Assembly: GCA_025055595.1 (NCBI GenBank) | Contig: JANWWU010000022.1 | Coordinates: forward strand, 429-64,428 | Length of the DNA: 64,000 bases | Source: Planctomycetota bacterium | Lineage (GTDB): Bacteria > Planctomycetota > UBA11346 | Direction: 5' to 3' | Part shown: positions 48,057 through 56,477 of the stretch, piece by piece | Layout: each line of letters starts with the position of its first letter | How positions within the stretch are numbered: position 1 is the first letter of the stretch | Notes under the pieces: generated by a model | Databases searched by the model: none | What the model was told of the DNA's origin: nothing | What the model saw: the letters and a program-made list of their open reading frames with translations, nothing else | Made by a program: the position numbers and the translations under genes

Positions 48057-48797
48057 ATGGCGCTGCGTTCCGGTCGCTACCACAATGTCAGGCACCAGAA
48101 GGATGCCGCGGACCGCAAGCGGGCCGCGGTCTGGGCCAAGCTGGCGGTGCAGATCGCTTCGGCAGTGCAGCTGGGTGGCAGCGGCAGGCCCGAGGACAAT
48201 CCCCGCCTGCGCCTGGCGATCGCTCGCGCTCGCGCGGCGGAGATGAGCAGCGAGGCGATCGAGCGGGCGATCCGCAAGGGCCTGGGCCAGGGCGGCGAGG
48301 GGGCGCGCGCGCTGTGCGAGCTGACCTACGAAGGCTACGCCGCGGGCGGGGTCGCGGTCGTCGTCGACGCCGTGACCGACAACCGCAACCGCACGGCGCC
48401 GGAGATCAAGAAGCTCTTCGAGGTGCACGGCGGCGCGCTTGGCACCCCGGGCTGCGTCGCATGGCAGTTCCGCACGCGCGCCTGCTGCCTGGTCGCCGAG
48501 GCCAGCGAGGAACGGGTCCTCGAGGCGCTGCTCGCCGCTCGCGCCGAGGTCGAGGATCTCCTGTGCCACGCTGGAGGCGTCGAGGTGATCGCCGAGCCTC
48601 AGCACTACGATGCGCTGGTCAGGGCGCTGACAGCGGCGGACCTGCAGGTGCGCGAGGCCGATATCGTCCGCATGCCGGAATGCACGGTGCCGCTCGCCGA
48701 TCAGGCGACGGCGCACAGCGTCCAAGCACTGCTTGTCGCCCTCGACGAGCATCCCGATGTGCAGGCCGTCTATCATAACGCCGAGCTCTCGGTCTGA
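48057..48797 (+). CDS. YebC/PmpR family protein
   Basis: NPRLRLAI..A, IERAI, YEGY..GG, TDNRNRT, DVQAVYHN. Confidence 0.93.
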   Translation: MALRSGRYHNVRHQKDAADRKRAAVWAKLAVQIASAVQLGGSGRPEDNPRLRLAIARARAAEMSSEAIERAIRKGLGQGGEGARALCELTYEGYAAGGVAVVVDAVTDNRNRTAPEIKKLFEVHGGALGTPGCVAWQFRTRACCLVAEASEERVLEALLAARAEVEDLLCHAGGVEVIAEPQHYDALVRALTAADLQVREADIVRMPECTVPLADQATAHSVQALLVALDEHPDVQAVYHNAELSV

Positions 48798-48853
48798 TCG
48801 ATTGACGCGAATCCCGCGGCGATAAACTTCTCCCCTCGCTTTCGGAGTTGGTC

Positions 48854-49111
48854 ATGGCCCGCGGTCAGCACCGTTTCTATCACATCCGCCTGCTCGCCGA
48901 GCGGCGGATGCGCGCCGAGACCTACGCGCGCAATGCCCCGCAGAACGCCAAGGAGAAGGCGCGGCGCGACCGCCGCATGCAGGCGCTGGCCGCGCGGCAG
49001 CTGGCGGCCGGCGTTCCCCTGTCGCCGGCGGTGCAGAGCTGGGTCTCGCGCCGCGCCGGCAAGCCGTTCCGCAAGCTCAGCGCCGAGGAAGTCGCGCGCG
49101 CGATCGGCTGA
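48854..49111 (+). CDS. small basic hypothetical protein
   Basis: GGAG RBS; TTGACG..TAAACT promoter-like sequence at 48802-48828; fills gap to convergent GNAT. Confidence 0.7.
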   Translation: MARGQHRFYHIRLLAERRMRAETYARNAPQNAKEKARRDRRMQALAARQLAAGVPLSPAVQSWVSRRAGKPFRKLSAEEVARAIG

Positions 49112-49114
49112 GCG

Positions 49115-49606
49115 CTACTCCGCCGCGAGCTTGCGCAGCCACTCGCCGCTGAGCCGATAGGTCGTCCACGCGCTGTTGGGCGTCGCGCCATGACGCTCGA
49201 AGAACTCGATCGCGACGGTGTTCCACAGCAGCACGGTGAACTCGACGCGGCCGAGCTTGCGCTCGGTCGCGATCTTGGCGATGTGCTTGAGCATCGCGGT
49301 CGCGATGCCCTTGTTGCGGTGCTCCTCGCGGACGAAGATGTCCTCGAGGTACAGGCCGCGCCGCGCGCTGAAGGTCGCATAGGTCTGGAAGAACACGGCA
49401 AAGCCGACGGGACGATTGTCGAGGAAGGCGATCACCGCCTCCATCACGCGATCCGGACGCGACAGCTCCTCGCGCAGGCTCTCGGCGGTCGAGGCGTTCG
49501 GCAGGCGCTCGTAGGCCGCGAACGCAGCGATCATTTCGTTGAGAATCTCGGCATCGGCGGCGGTAGCGGAGCGGATGGTCAGTCCCGGCACAGTGCGCGT
49601 AGCCAC
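49115..49606 (-). CDS. GNAT N-acetyltransferase (diamine acetyltransferase-like)
   Basis: AAYE, GLYLEDIFV...R.KGIA, WN..AI.FF...GA; AGGAG RBS before GTG 49606. Confidence 0.9.
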   Translation of the reverse strand: MATRTVPGLTIRSATAADAEILNEMIAAFAAYERLPNASTAESLREELSRPDRVMEAVIAFLDNRPVGFAVFFQTYATFSARRGLYLEDIFVREEHRNKGIATAMLKHIAKIATERKLGRVEFTVLLWNTVAIEFFERHGATPNSAWTTYRLSGEWLRKLAAE

Positions 49607-49701
49607 GATCGTGCTCCTGCGCGCATCCTCCCCAGCGAGCACATCCTGCAAGGGCGCCAGCTTGTCGCTTGGCGCGACAGCGCGACCGCGACGATGCTTC
49701 C

Positions 49702-51054
49702 ATGGCAGCGGTGCGCGCGGCGCTGATCAGCCTCGGGTGCGCGAAGAATCTCAGCGACTCCGAGCGCCTGGTCGGCGAACTGAAGGGCCTCGGCATCGCG
49801 CTGACCGATCGCCTGGAAGCGGCCGACCTCGTCCTGATCAACACCTGCGGCTTCATCGAGCCCGCCAAGCAGGAGTCGATCGAGCGCATCCTCGGCGCGG
49901 CGCAGGCGCGGCGCCCGGGAGCGAAGCTGTTCGTCGCCGGCTGCCTGACCGAGCGCTATCTCGAGGCGCTGCGTGCCGAGCTTCCCGAGGTCGATGTCTG
50001 GGTGCCCTTTGCCGACTACAGCCGCTTCGCCGACCTCGTGCGGCGGCATGTTCCCGGCCTGCCGGAGCATCGCCTGCGCCACGACGAGCGCGTGCAGCTG
50101 ACGCCGCCGCACTATGCCTACCTGAAGATCGCCGAGGGTTGCGACAACGACTGCAACTTCTGCGCGATCCCGCGGTTTCGCGGGCGGCATCGCAGCCGGC
50201 CCTTCGCCGAGCTGGTCGAGGAGGCGCGCGCGCTGCAGCGCCGCGGCGTGCGCGAGATCATCCTGATCAGCCAGCACCTCGACTACTATCATCGCGATCT
50301 CGACGGCCAGGCGCGCCTGCCGCAGCTGGTGCGCGCGATCGCCGCCGCTGCGCCCCAGTCTTGGATCCGCCTGCACTACTGCTACCCCAACGATTTCAGC
50401 GACGAGCTGATCGCGGCGATGGCCGAGACGCCGAATGTCTGCCGCTATGTCGACATGCCGCTGCAGCATGCCAGCGACCGCATGCTGGCGGTGATGGGCC
50501 GGCGGACGACGCGCGCGCGCATCGTCGAACGGCTCGACGCGATCGTCCGCGCGATGCCCGACGCCGTACTGCGCACCGCCTTCATCGTCGGGCATCCCGG
50601 CGAGCGGCCGACGGATGTCGCCTGCCTCGAGCGCTTCATCGCCGAGGGGCGCTTCGACCACGGCGGGGTCTTCGCCTACAGCGACGAGGAAGGGACGGTG
50701 TCGGCGCGCATGCCGAAGAAGCTGTCGCCGCGGACGATCGCCGCGCGCCGGCGCCGCATCGAGCGCGCGCTGGCGCAGGCCCTGGCAGAGCGCGCCGCAC
50801 GCTGGCTCGGCCAGGAACTGACGGTGCTCGTCGACGCCGCGCGCGACTTCGGGCTCTTCGCCTGCCGCCACTACGGTCAGTCTCCTGGCGTCGATAGCGT
50901 CGTCCTGGTCGAGGACGACCGCCTGCAGCCGGGGATGTGGGCGCGCGTGCGAGTGCGCGGCCTGCGCGGCCTCGACCTGCTCGCCGACTGCCTGGAGCGC
51001 GACGCCGCTGCGCCCTTTCTGGAAGCTCCAGCATGCCGCGCTGGGCTCTCTTGA
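49702..51054 (+). CDS. rimO: ribosomal protein S12 methylthiotransferase
   Basis: SLGCAKNL.DSE, NTCGFI..AKQESI, AYLKIAEGCDNDCNFCAIP, DMPLQH. Confidence 0.95.
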   Translation: MAAVRAALISLGCAKNLSDSERLVGELKGLGIALTDRLEAADLVLINTCGFIEPAKQESIERILGAAQARRPGAKLFVAGCLTERYLEALRAELPEVDVWVPFADYSRFADLVRRHVPGLPEHRLRHDERVQLTPPHYAYLKIAEGCDNDCNFCAIPRFRGRHRSRPFAELVEEARALQRRGVREIILISQHLDYYHRDLDGQARLPQLVRAIAAAAPQSWIRLHYCYPNDFSDELIAAMAETPNVCRYVDMPLQHASDRMLAVMGRRTTRARIVERLDAIVRAMPDAVLRTAFIVGHPGERPTDVACLERFIAEGRFDHGGVFAYSDEEGTVSARMPKKLSPRTIAARRRRIERALAQALAERAARWLGQELTVLVDAARDFGLFACRHYGQSPGVDSVVLVEDDRLQPGMWARVRVRGLRGLDLLADCLERDAAAPFLEAPACRAGLS

Positions 51055-51689
51055 TCGCTGTGCTCGCGGTGCTCGGCTGCCAGCGCGCCGCGCCGCCGGC
51101 CGCGCCGCAGTTCGGCAGCATCGGCGCGTTCGCCGCGAGCATCCTGCTGCAGACCCGCGCGCCCGACGGCGAGGGCGAGGTGTTCACCGTGCGCCTGTGG
51201 CGGGCGGCGCAGGGCGATGCCCGCCTGCGCGTGCAGAAGCTCGATGTCGATCTCATCGATGGGCTGCTGCGCCGCGACGGCTCCTTCATCGCGTGGTCGC
51301 CGCGCGAGCGGGTGGCGACCAGCGGCGGCGCGGACGCGGCGCCGCCGCTGCTGGCCGATGTCCGCTGGCTGCTGCGCGAGCTCGCCGAGGGTCCGGAAGA
51401 GACCGGCGTCGCGGACCGCGACGCCGAGGGCCGACCGCTGGCGCGCGTCATCGGCGAGCGCCGCATCGTCTATGCGCGGTGGCAGGACTACGATGGGCGC
51501 TGGCGACCGAGTCTGATCCGCATCGTCGAGCGCGATGGCCGCCAGATCGCGATGCGGCTGAAGGCGCTCGACATCGTGCCCGCGATCAGCGCCGAGCGCC
51601 TGCGGCTGAGCGTGCCGGAGGATGCCGCCGTCGTCGCGCCCGCGGCGTTCCTCGAGCGGATCGCCGGTTCAGAAAGCAGCGTGCGTTGA
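51033..51689 (+). CDS. putative lipoprotein
   Basis: Signal peptide with VLGC lipobox; beta-rich body ending Y..WQ......PS.I.I reminiscent of LolA/LolB-fold proteins. Confidence 0.6.
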   Translation: MPRWALLIAVLAVLGCQRAAPPAAPQFGSIGAFAASILLQTRAPDGEGEVFTVRLWRAAQGDARLRVQKLDVDLIDGLLRRDGSFIAWSPRERVATSGGADAAPPLLADVRWLLRELAEGPEETGVADRDAEGRPLARVIGERRIVYARWQDYDGRWRPSLIRIVERDGRQIAMRLKALDIVPAISAERLRLSVPEDAAVVAPAAFLERIAGSESSVR

Positions 51690-52547
51690 CGACGGCAGCC
51701 CGAAATCGGTAGCGCTGACCTCGGCGAGCGCCTCGTCGCGGACCGTGAAGCCGTGCCACAGCAGGCCCTGGCCGTCGGGCAGGGTCGGCGCGCCGCGCAG
51801 CGCGCCTTGAACATAGGCCTTGGCGCCGAGGATCGCCTCGCGCAGGCTGTCGCCCTTGGCGAGGCAGGCGGTGATCGCTGCGCTGTGCGCGCAGCCCGTG
51901 CCGGCGATCTTGCTGCGCGGCACGGTCGGGCTCTCGAAGTGGCTGATGCCGTCGAGCGCGGCGAGCAGATCGATGTGCCGTCCGCCGATGCCGCCGCCGG
52001 TGACGAGGATCGGACAGCCGTAGCGCGCGCGCAGCCGCGTCGCCGCCTCCTCCATGTCGGCGATGTCCAGGCACTCGTCCATGCCAGCGAGCATCGCCGC
52101 CTCCAGGCGGTTGGGAGTGGCGAGGGTGCCGAGCGGCAGCAGCTGCTCGCACAGGCCGCGGATCACCGCGGGGTTGGTCAACGGCACGCCCTGGCTGGTC
52201 AGGATGATCGGATCGATGACGACCGGCACGCGGGACTGCGCGCGCAACCACTGTTCGACCACCGCGATCAGGTGAGCCTCCGGGATGTAGCCGATCTTCA
52301 CTGCTCGTATCGGCAAGCTGCTGGCGAGCGTCTCGAGCTGCGCGCGCAGCTGCTCGGCGCTCGTCTGCATGCAGACCTGCACGCGGCACAGGGCGGCTTC
52401 GCGGCGCTGCGTGATGACGGAGGTGGCCGCTGCCGCGCCATAACAGCTGAGCGCCATGAACACCTTGATATCGGCGAGAACCCCCGTGCTGCCGGCACCA
52501 TCGATGGTGCCGATCGCCACGCACACCGGATAGGGGAAATGCCCCAT
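51669..52547 (-). CDS. thiD: hydroxymethylpyrimidine/phosphomethylpyrimidine kinase
   Basis: ADIK, AVKIG, VIDP, TPN..EA, GTGC..SAAI. Confidence 0.85.
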   Translation of the reverse strand: MGHFPYPVCVAIGTIDGAGSTGVLADIKVFMALSCYGAAAATSVITQRREAALCRVQVCMQTSAEQLRAQLETLASSLPIRAVKIGYIPEAHLIAVVEQWLRAQSRVPVVIDPIILTSQGVPLTNPAVIRGLCEQLLPLGTLATPNRLEAAMLAGMDECLDIADMEEAATRLRARYGCPILVTGGGIGGRHIDLLAALDGISHFESPTVPRSKIAGTGCAHSAAITACLAKGDSLREAILGAKAYVQGALRGAPTLPDGQGLLWHGFTVRDEALAEVSATDFGLPSSTHAAF

Positions 52548-52647
52548 GCTGCCCCCTCATCTTCCACTGCCGAAGTCGAGATCAAAAACATTGACTCTGC
52601 GCAGTACGCCTGTACTGCACCGCCTGCAGCACGCTGCCCGCGCGGGT

Positions 52648-52872
52648 TCAGGGCCGCTGTTCGGCCTCGAAACGCCGCAGGGCTTCCGGGCTGATCTGCA
52701 CCTGGTCGACGCGCGGCGCGGGCGGGGTCTGCACGACCTGCTGCCCCGCGGCCGCGATCGAGCCGAGCAGGCGCTCGATGACGGCCTTGGACAGCTGCTG
52801 CCCGGCGCGGGCGGCGCCGATCGATGCGGCTTGCCCGGTGACGCCGTTCACGGAGAGGATGGTATCCGCCAT
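52648..52872 (-). CDS. 74-aa hypothetical protein with D-x-V-x-I-S-x-E-A motif
   Basis: MADTILSV...RVDQVQISPEALRRF; TATACT 9 nt upstream; fills thiD-xseA gap. Confidence 0.6.
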   Translation of the reverse strand: MADTILSVNGVTGQAASIGAARAGQQLSKAVIERLLGSIAAAGQQVVQTPPAPRVDQVQISPEALRRFEAEQRP

Positions 52873-52899
52873 ACGGCAGTCAGTATACCAAGGACGACG

Positions 52900-54231
52900 A
52901 TGACGGCAAGCTCCGAACTCGGCCGCGCGCCGCCGCTGAGCGTCTCGGCCCTGACGCATCTCATCACCCATGCGCTGTACAACCTTGGCAGCGTGGCCGT
53001 GATCGGCGAGCTCTCCCAGGTCAAGGTGGCGGCGAGCGGCCATCTCTACGGCACGCTCAAAGACGAGCAGGCGGTGCTCAACATCGTGATCTGGCGCAGC
53101 CAGCTCGCCCGCCTCGGGCGCATCCCGCAGGAAGGCAGCCGGGTCATCGTCCACGGCCAGCTCGATGTCTACCCCGCGCGCGGCAGCTATCAGCTGATCG
53201 TCCAGCGCCTGCTGCCGGCCGGGGCGGGGGAGCTGGCGGCGCGCCTCGAGCAGCTCAAGCAGCGGCTGGCGGCAGAGGGCCTCTTCGCCGAAGAGCGCAA
53301 GCGCCCCTTGCCCTTCCTGCCGCGCGCCGTCGGTCTGGCGACCGCTGCGAACTCGGCGGCCCTCGCCGACCTGCTCGAGGGCATTCGCCGCCGCTTTCCG
53401 ACGATGCCGGTCGTCCTCGCGCCCTGCCTCGTGCAGGGCGAGGGCGCCGCAGCCTCGATCGTCGCCGCCCTGCAGCGGCTCGCGGCGCACCCCGAGGTCG
53501 ATGTCATCGTCTGCGGCCGTGGCGGTGGCTCGCTCGAAGACCTCTGGGCGTTCAACGAAGAGCCCGTCGTGCGGGCGATCGCCGGCTGCCCCAAGCCGGT
53601 GGTCAGCGCCGTCGGTCATGAGACGGACTGGACCCTCGCCGACCTGGCGGCCGATGTCCGGGCGAAGACGCCGACGGCGGCCGGCGAGCTGGTGGTGCCG
53701 GTGCTGGCGGACCTGCTGGCGGCGCTCGCCGAGCGCCGACAACGCCTGCAGGCGGCCATCGACCGCAGCCTGTCCGAGGCCCAGGCGCGCCTCGCCGCGC
53801 TTGCCGCTCACCGCGCCTTGCAGTCGCCGCACTACCAGGTCGCGCTGCGCCAGCAGCGCCTCGATGAGCTGGCAGGCCAGCTTGAGGCGACCTGGCAGCG
53901 GCGCTGGACGGCGGCCAACGCTGAGCTGGTCACGCTCAGCGCGCGCCTGCATGCCCTGTCGCCGCTTGCGGTGCTGGCGCGCGGCTATGCGATCGCGCGC
54001 CGGTCGCACGCCGGGGTGCTCAGGCGGGTCGCCGATGCACCGCTTTTACACTTCACTGGCTGGGCCGCGCACGCCGACATGCTCCGGCAGCTCGCCGATG
54101 CACCGCTGGGCACCACGATCGAGGTCCGCTTGCGCGACGGCTGGCTCGAGGCGCAGGTGACGGGGCATCGACCCTTGAGCGCCTGGGAGGCGCAGCTGTC
54201 CGCTGCCGGGGAGCACGATGCCGAGCCGTGA
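52900..54231 (+). CDS. xseA: exodeoxyribonuclease VII large subunit
   Basis: LSVS, GELS....SGHLY.TLKD, VQG, GRGGGSLEDLWAFN, SAVGHETD, TPTAA, LSP..VLARGY. Confidence 0.95.
   Translation: MTASSELGRAPPLSVSALTHLITHALYNLGSVAVIGELSQVKVAASGHLYGTLKDEQAVLNIVIWRSQLARLGRIPQEGSRVIVHGQLDVYPARGSYQLIVQRLLPAGAGELAARLEQLKQRLAAEGLFAEERKRPLPFLPRAVGLATAANSAALADLLEGIRRRFPTMPVVLAPCLVQGEGAAASIVAALQRLAAHPEVDVIVCGRGGGSLEDLWAFNEEPVVRAIAGCPKPVVSAVGHETDWTLADLAADVRAKTPTAAGELVVPVLADLLAALAERRQRLQAAIDRSLSEAQARLAALAAHRALQSPHYQVALRQQRLDELAGQLEATWQRRWTAANAELVTLSARLHALSPLAVLARGYAIARRSHAGVLRRVADAPLLHFTGWAAHADMLRQLADAPLGTTIEVRLRDGWLEAQVTGHRPLSAWEAQLSAAGEHDAEP
54005..54107 (+). repeat. imperfect 63-bp-period duplication inside xseA
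   Basis: CGCACGCCG at 54005 and 54068; TCGCCGATGCACCGCT at 54029 and 54092. Confidence 0.75.
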
Positions 54232-54979
54232 GCGCAGCGCCGCGGTTCCGGGGGCGGGCTCGGTGGACCCCGCCGACCATCCGCCGCTGCCGCTGCCGGA
54301 TGCCGACTGGGACTGGCTGCGCGAGCGCTGCGCCGCCCTCGGCCTGCCTGATCCCGCGCCCTGGCGGGAGACCCTCGCAGCCCTCTACGGTCACCTCGTC
54401 GGCGTCAACCGCTGGCTGAATCTGACGACCGTCACCAGCCCGCGCGACTGGCTGAAGTGGCATGTGCTCGACAGCTGGAGCGGGCTGCGCGCCGCGGCCC
54501 TGCGCGCCGTGCAGTCTGGGGCCTTGGCTGTCGACCTCGGCTCGGGCGGCGGCTACCCCGGCCTGCCGCTGGCGCTGGCGCTCCCGCATCTGCGCTGGTT
54601 GCTCATCGATGCTCGCCGCAAGAAGGCCGAGTTTCTCGGCGCCGCGGCGCGCCTGCTGGGTCCCTGGGTCGGCGCCCGGCACCTGCGCGGCGACTGCGTC
54701 CCGCACGCCGCTCCCGAGCTGCATCGCGCTTGCCAGCTGGTCGTCAACCGCGCGATGGGCCCGGCCGACGCCGTGTTGCCGCAGGCCGCGCCGCTGCTGG
54801 CGGAGGGCGGGCTGCTCGTCGTCTGGAAGGGTCCGGCCTTCCTCGGCAGCGAGCGCGATCGCGCGGCCGGCGTCGCGCCGCGCTGGGGGTTCCGGGTGGC
54901 CGACGTGACGGGCCTGCGCCTCGAGGACGGGGATCCCGAGCGCTATCTCGTCACTTACCGCCGGGTGGGGGGGCGCTGA
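54218..54979 (+). CDS. rsmG: 16S rRNA m7G527 methyltransferase
   Basis: N..LNLT, HVLDS, DLGSGGGYPG, KKAEFL, RA, WKG. Confidence 0.92.
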   Translation: MPSRERSAAVPGAGSVDPADHPPLPLPDADWDWLRERCAALGLPDPAPWRETLAALYGHLVGVNRWLNLTTVTSPRDWLKWHVLDSWSGLRAAALRAVQSGALAVDLGSGGGYPGLPLALALPHLRWLLIDARRKKAEFLGAAARLLGPWVGARHLRGDCVPHAAPELHRACQLVVNRAMGPADAVLPQAAPLLAEGGLLVVWKGPAFLGSERDRAAGVAPRWGFRVADVTGLRLEDGDPERYLVTYRRVGGR

Positions 54980-56477
54980 GCGACGATGCCGCCGTCGGCG
55001 CGGCGACAGCCGCCGACGAGGGCAGCAGCCCGGGGCAGGCGAGCAGCGCGACCAACAGCACGGCCGCCGCGGCGCTGCCCCAGCGGTTGAGCGCGTCGCC
55101 GCCCAGCGCCAGCGGCTGCTCGTCGCGCGGGGTTCCGGCCCACAGCTGGACGAGCAGGTAGAGGTAGGCGGCGGCAGCGGCGAGCGCCGCTATCAGGGCG
55201 ACGAGCGCGATGATCCAGCCGCCGGCGGCGACGGTCTGGCCGAGGACGGCGAACTTGCCGAGGAAGCCGAGCATCGGCGGCAGGCCAGCGAGGCTCGCCA
55301 GGCAGACGCTGAGCACGGCGCCGTAGAGCGGGAACTGGCGGCCGCGGCCGTGCAGCTGGCTCAGGTTGTCGCCGGCATCGTCGGGCCCGGCGATCGCGGC
55401 GGCGGCGGCGAGGGCTGCCGCCGTCGCCAGGGCGTAGGCGACGGCGTAGAGCCACAGCGCCGACAGGTCGATCGCGGCATCGCGGAAGGGCAAGATGAAA
55501 GGCAGCAGGAGGAAGCCGGCGTTGGCGATCGCGCTGTAGCCGACGAGGCGGCGCAGGCTGGACTGGCGCAGCATCGCGAAGCTGCCGATGACGATCGAGG
55601 CGATGGCGAGGATCGTCAGCAAGAGGGCCAGCGGCTCGAGCAGGGCGCTGCGCAGTCCCGGCACCGGCGGTACGGCCTGATCGAGGCGCACCGGCTTGCC
55701 ATCGGAGGCCGCCAGGCCGAGCCAGAGGCTGCCGAGGAGCGCGACGGCGCCGAGCTTGACGATCGCGCCCATCAGGCCGGTGACCGCGACCGGCGCCCCG
55801 GTGTAGGCGTCTGGGGCCCAAGCATGGAAGGGCACGGCGCCGAGCTTGAAGGCGAGGCCGATCAGCATGCAGCTGGCGCCGAGCGCGAAGAGGGCTTCGC
55901 GGCCAGCGACCGCAGGGGCGCCGAAGCGCGTCGAGCCGGTCGCCCCGTAGTACAGGGCGACGCCGTAGAGGAAGATCGCGCTGAACACCGCGCCCATGAC
56001 CAGGTACTTGAGCAGGGCCTCGCCGGACTCGGGGCGCTGACGGCGCAGGCCGACGAGCGCGTAGATCGCCAGCGCCGCTGTCTCCATCCCGACGAAAGCG
56101 GCGAGCGCGTCGAGGCTCATGATCATCAGCAGGACGCCGCTCGCTGCGACGGCGGCGAGGGCGTAGGATTCGCCGCCTGGGAAGCGGTCGCGATCAAGGC
56201 TGGCCTGCAGGCCGCCGACGGCCACCGCGGTGACGGCGAGCGTCGTCAGCATCAACCAGCGCCGGGCGGCATCGAGCGCCAGCATGCCGTATGCCTGACC
56301 GTTCGGCGCCAGCGCGACGGCGAAGGCGGCCGCGATGCAGGCGACGGCGACGATCCACGGCAGCACCTGATGCTTGCGGACGCGCGCCAGGAAGGGCTCG
56401 GCGGCGAGGGCGATGAGCCCGCCGGACAAGGCCAGCAGCAGCGGGGCGAGCAGGGACAGCAGGGGAGCGGGATCCAT
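54951..56477 (-). CDS. nuoN: NADH-quinone oxidoreductase subunit N
   Basis: EALLKY, FKLGAVPFHAWAPDAY.GAP, RRL..YS.IA, SLAGLPP..GF.GKF. Confidence 0.93.
   Translation of the reverse strand: MDPAPLLSLLAPLLLALSGGLIALAAEPFLARVRKHQVLPWIVAVACIAAAFAVALAPNGQAYGMLALDAARRWLMLTTLAVTAVAVGGLQASLDRDRFPGGESYALAAVAASGVLLMIMSLDALAAFVGMETAALAIYALVGLRRQRPESGEALLKYLVMGAVFSAIFLYGVALYYGATGSTRFGAPAVAGREALFALGASCMLIGLAFKLGAVPFHAWAPDAYTGAPVAVTGLMGAIVKLGAVALLGSLWLGLAASDGKPVRLDQAVPPVPGLRSALLEPLALLLTILAIASIVIGSFAMLRQSSLRRLVGYSAIANAGFLLLPFILPFRDAAIDLSALWLYAVAYALATAAALAAAAAIAGPDDAGDNLSQLHGRGRQFPLYGAVLSVCLASLAGLPPMLGFLGKFAVLGQTVAAGGWIIALVALIAALAAAAAYLYLLVQLWAGTPRDEQPLALGGDALNRWGSAAAAVLLVALLACPGLLPSSAAVAAPTAASSLSAPPPGGK

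Noticed and set aside
52548-52647. TPP riboswitch upstream of thiD
   Set aside because: No GCTGAGA or CCTGAT..TAATGCC core visible on the minus strand
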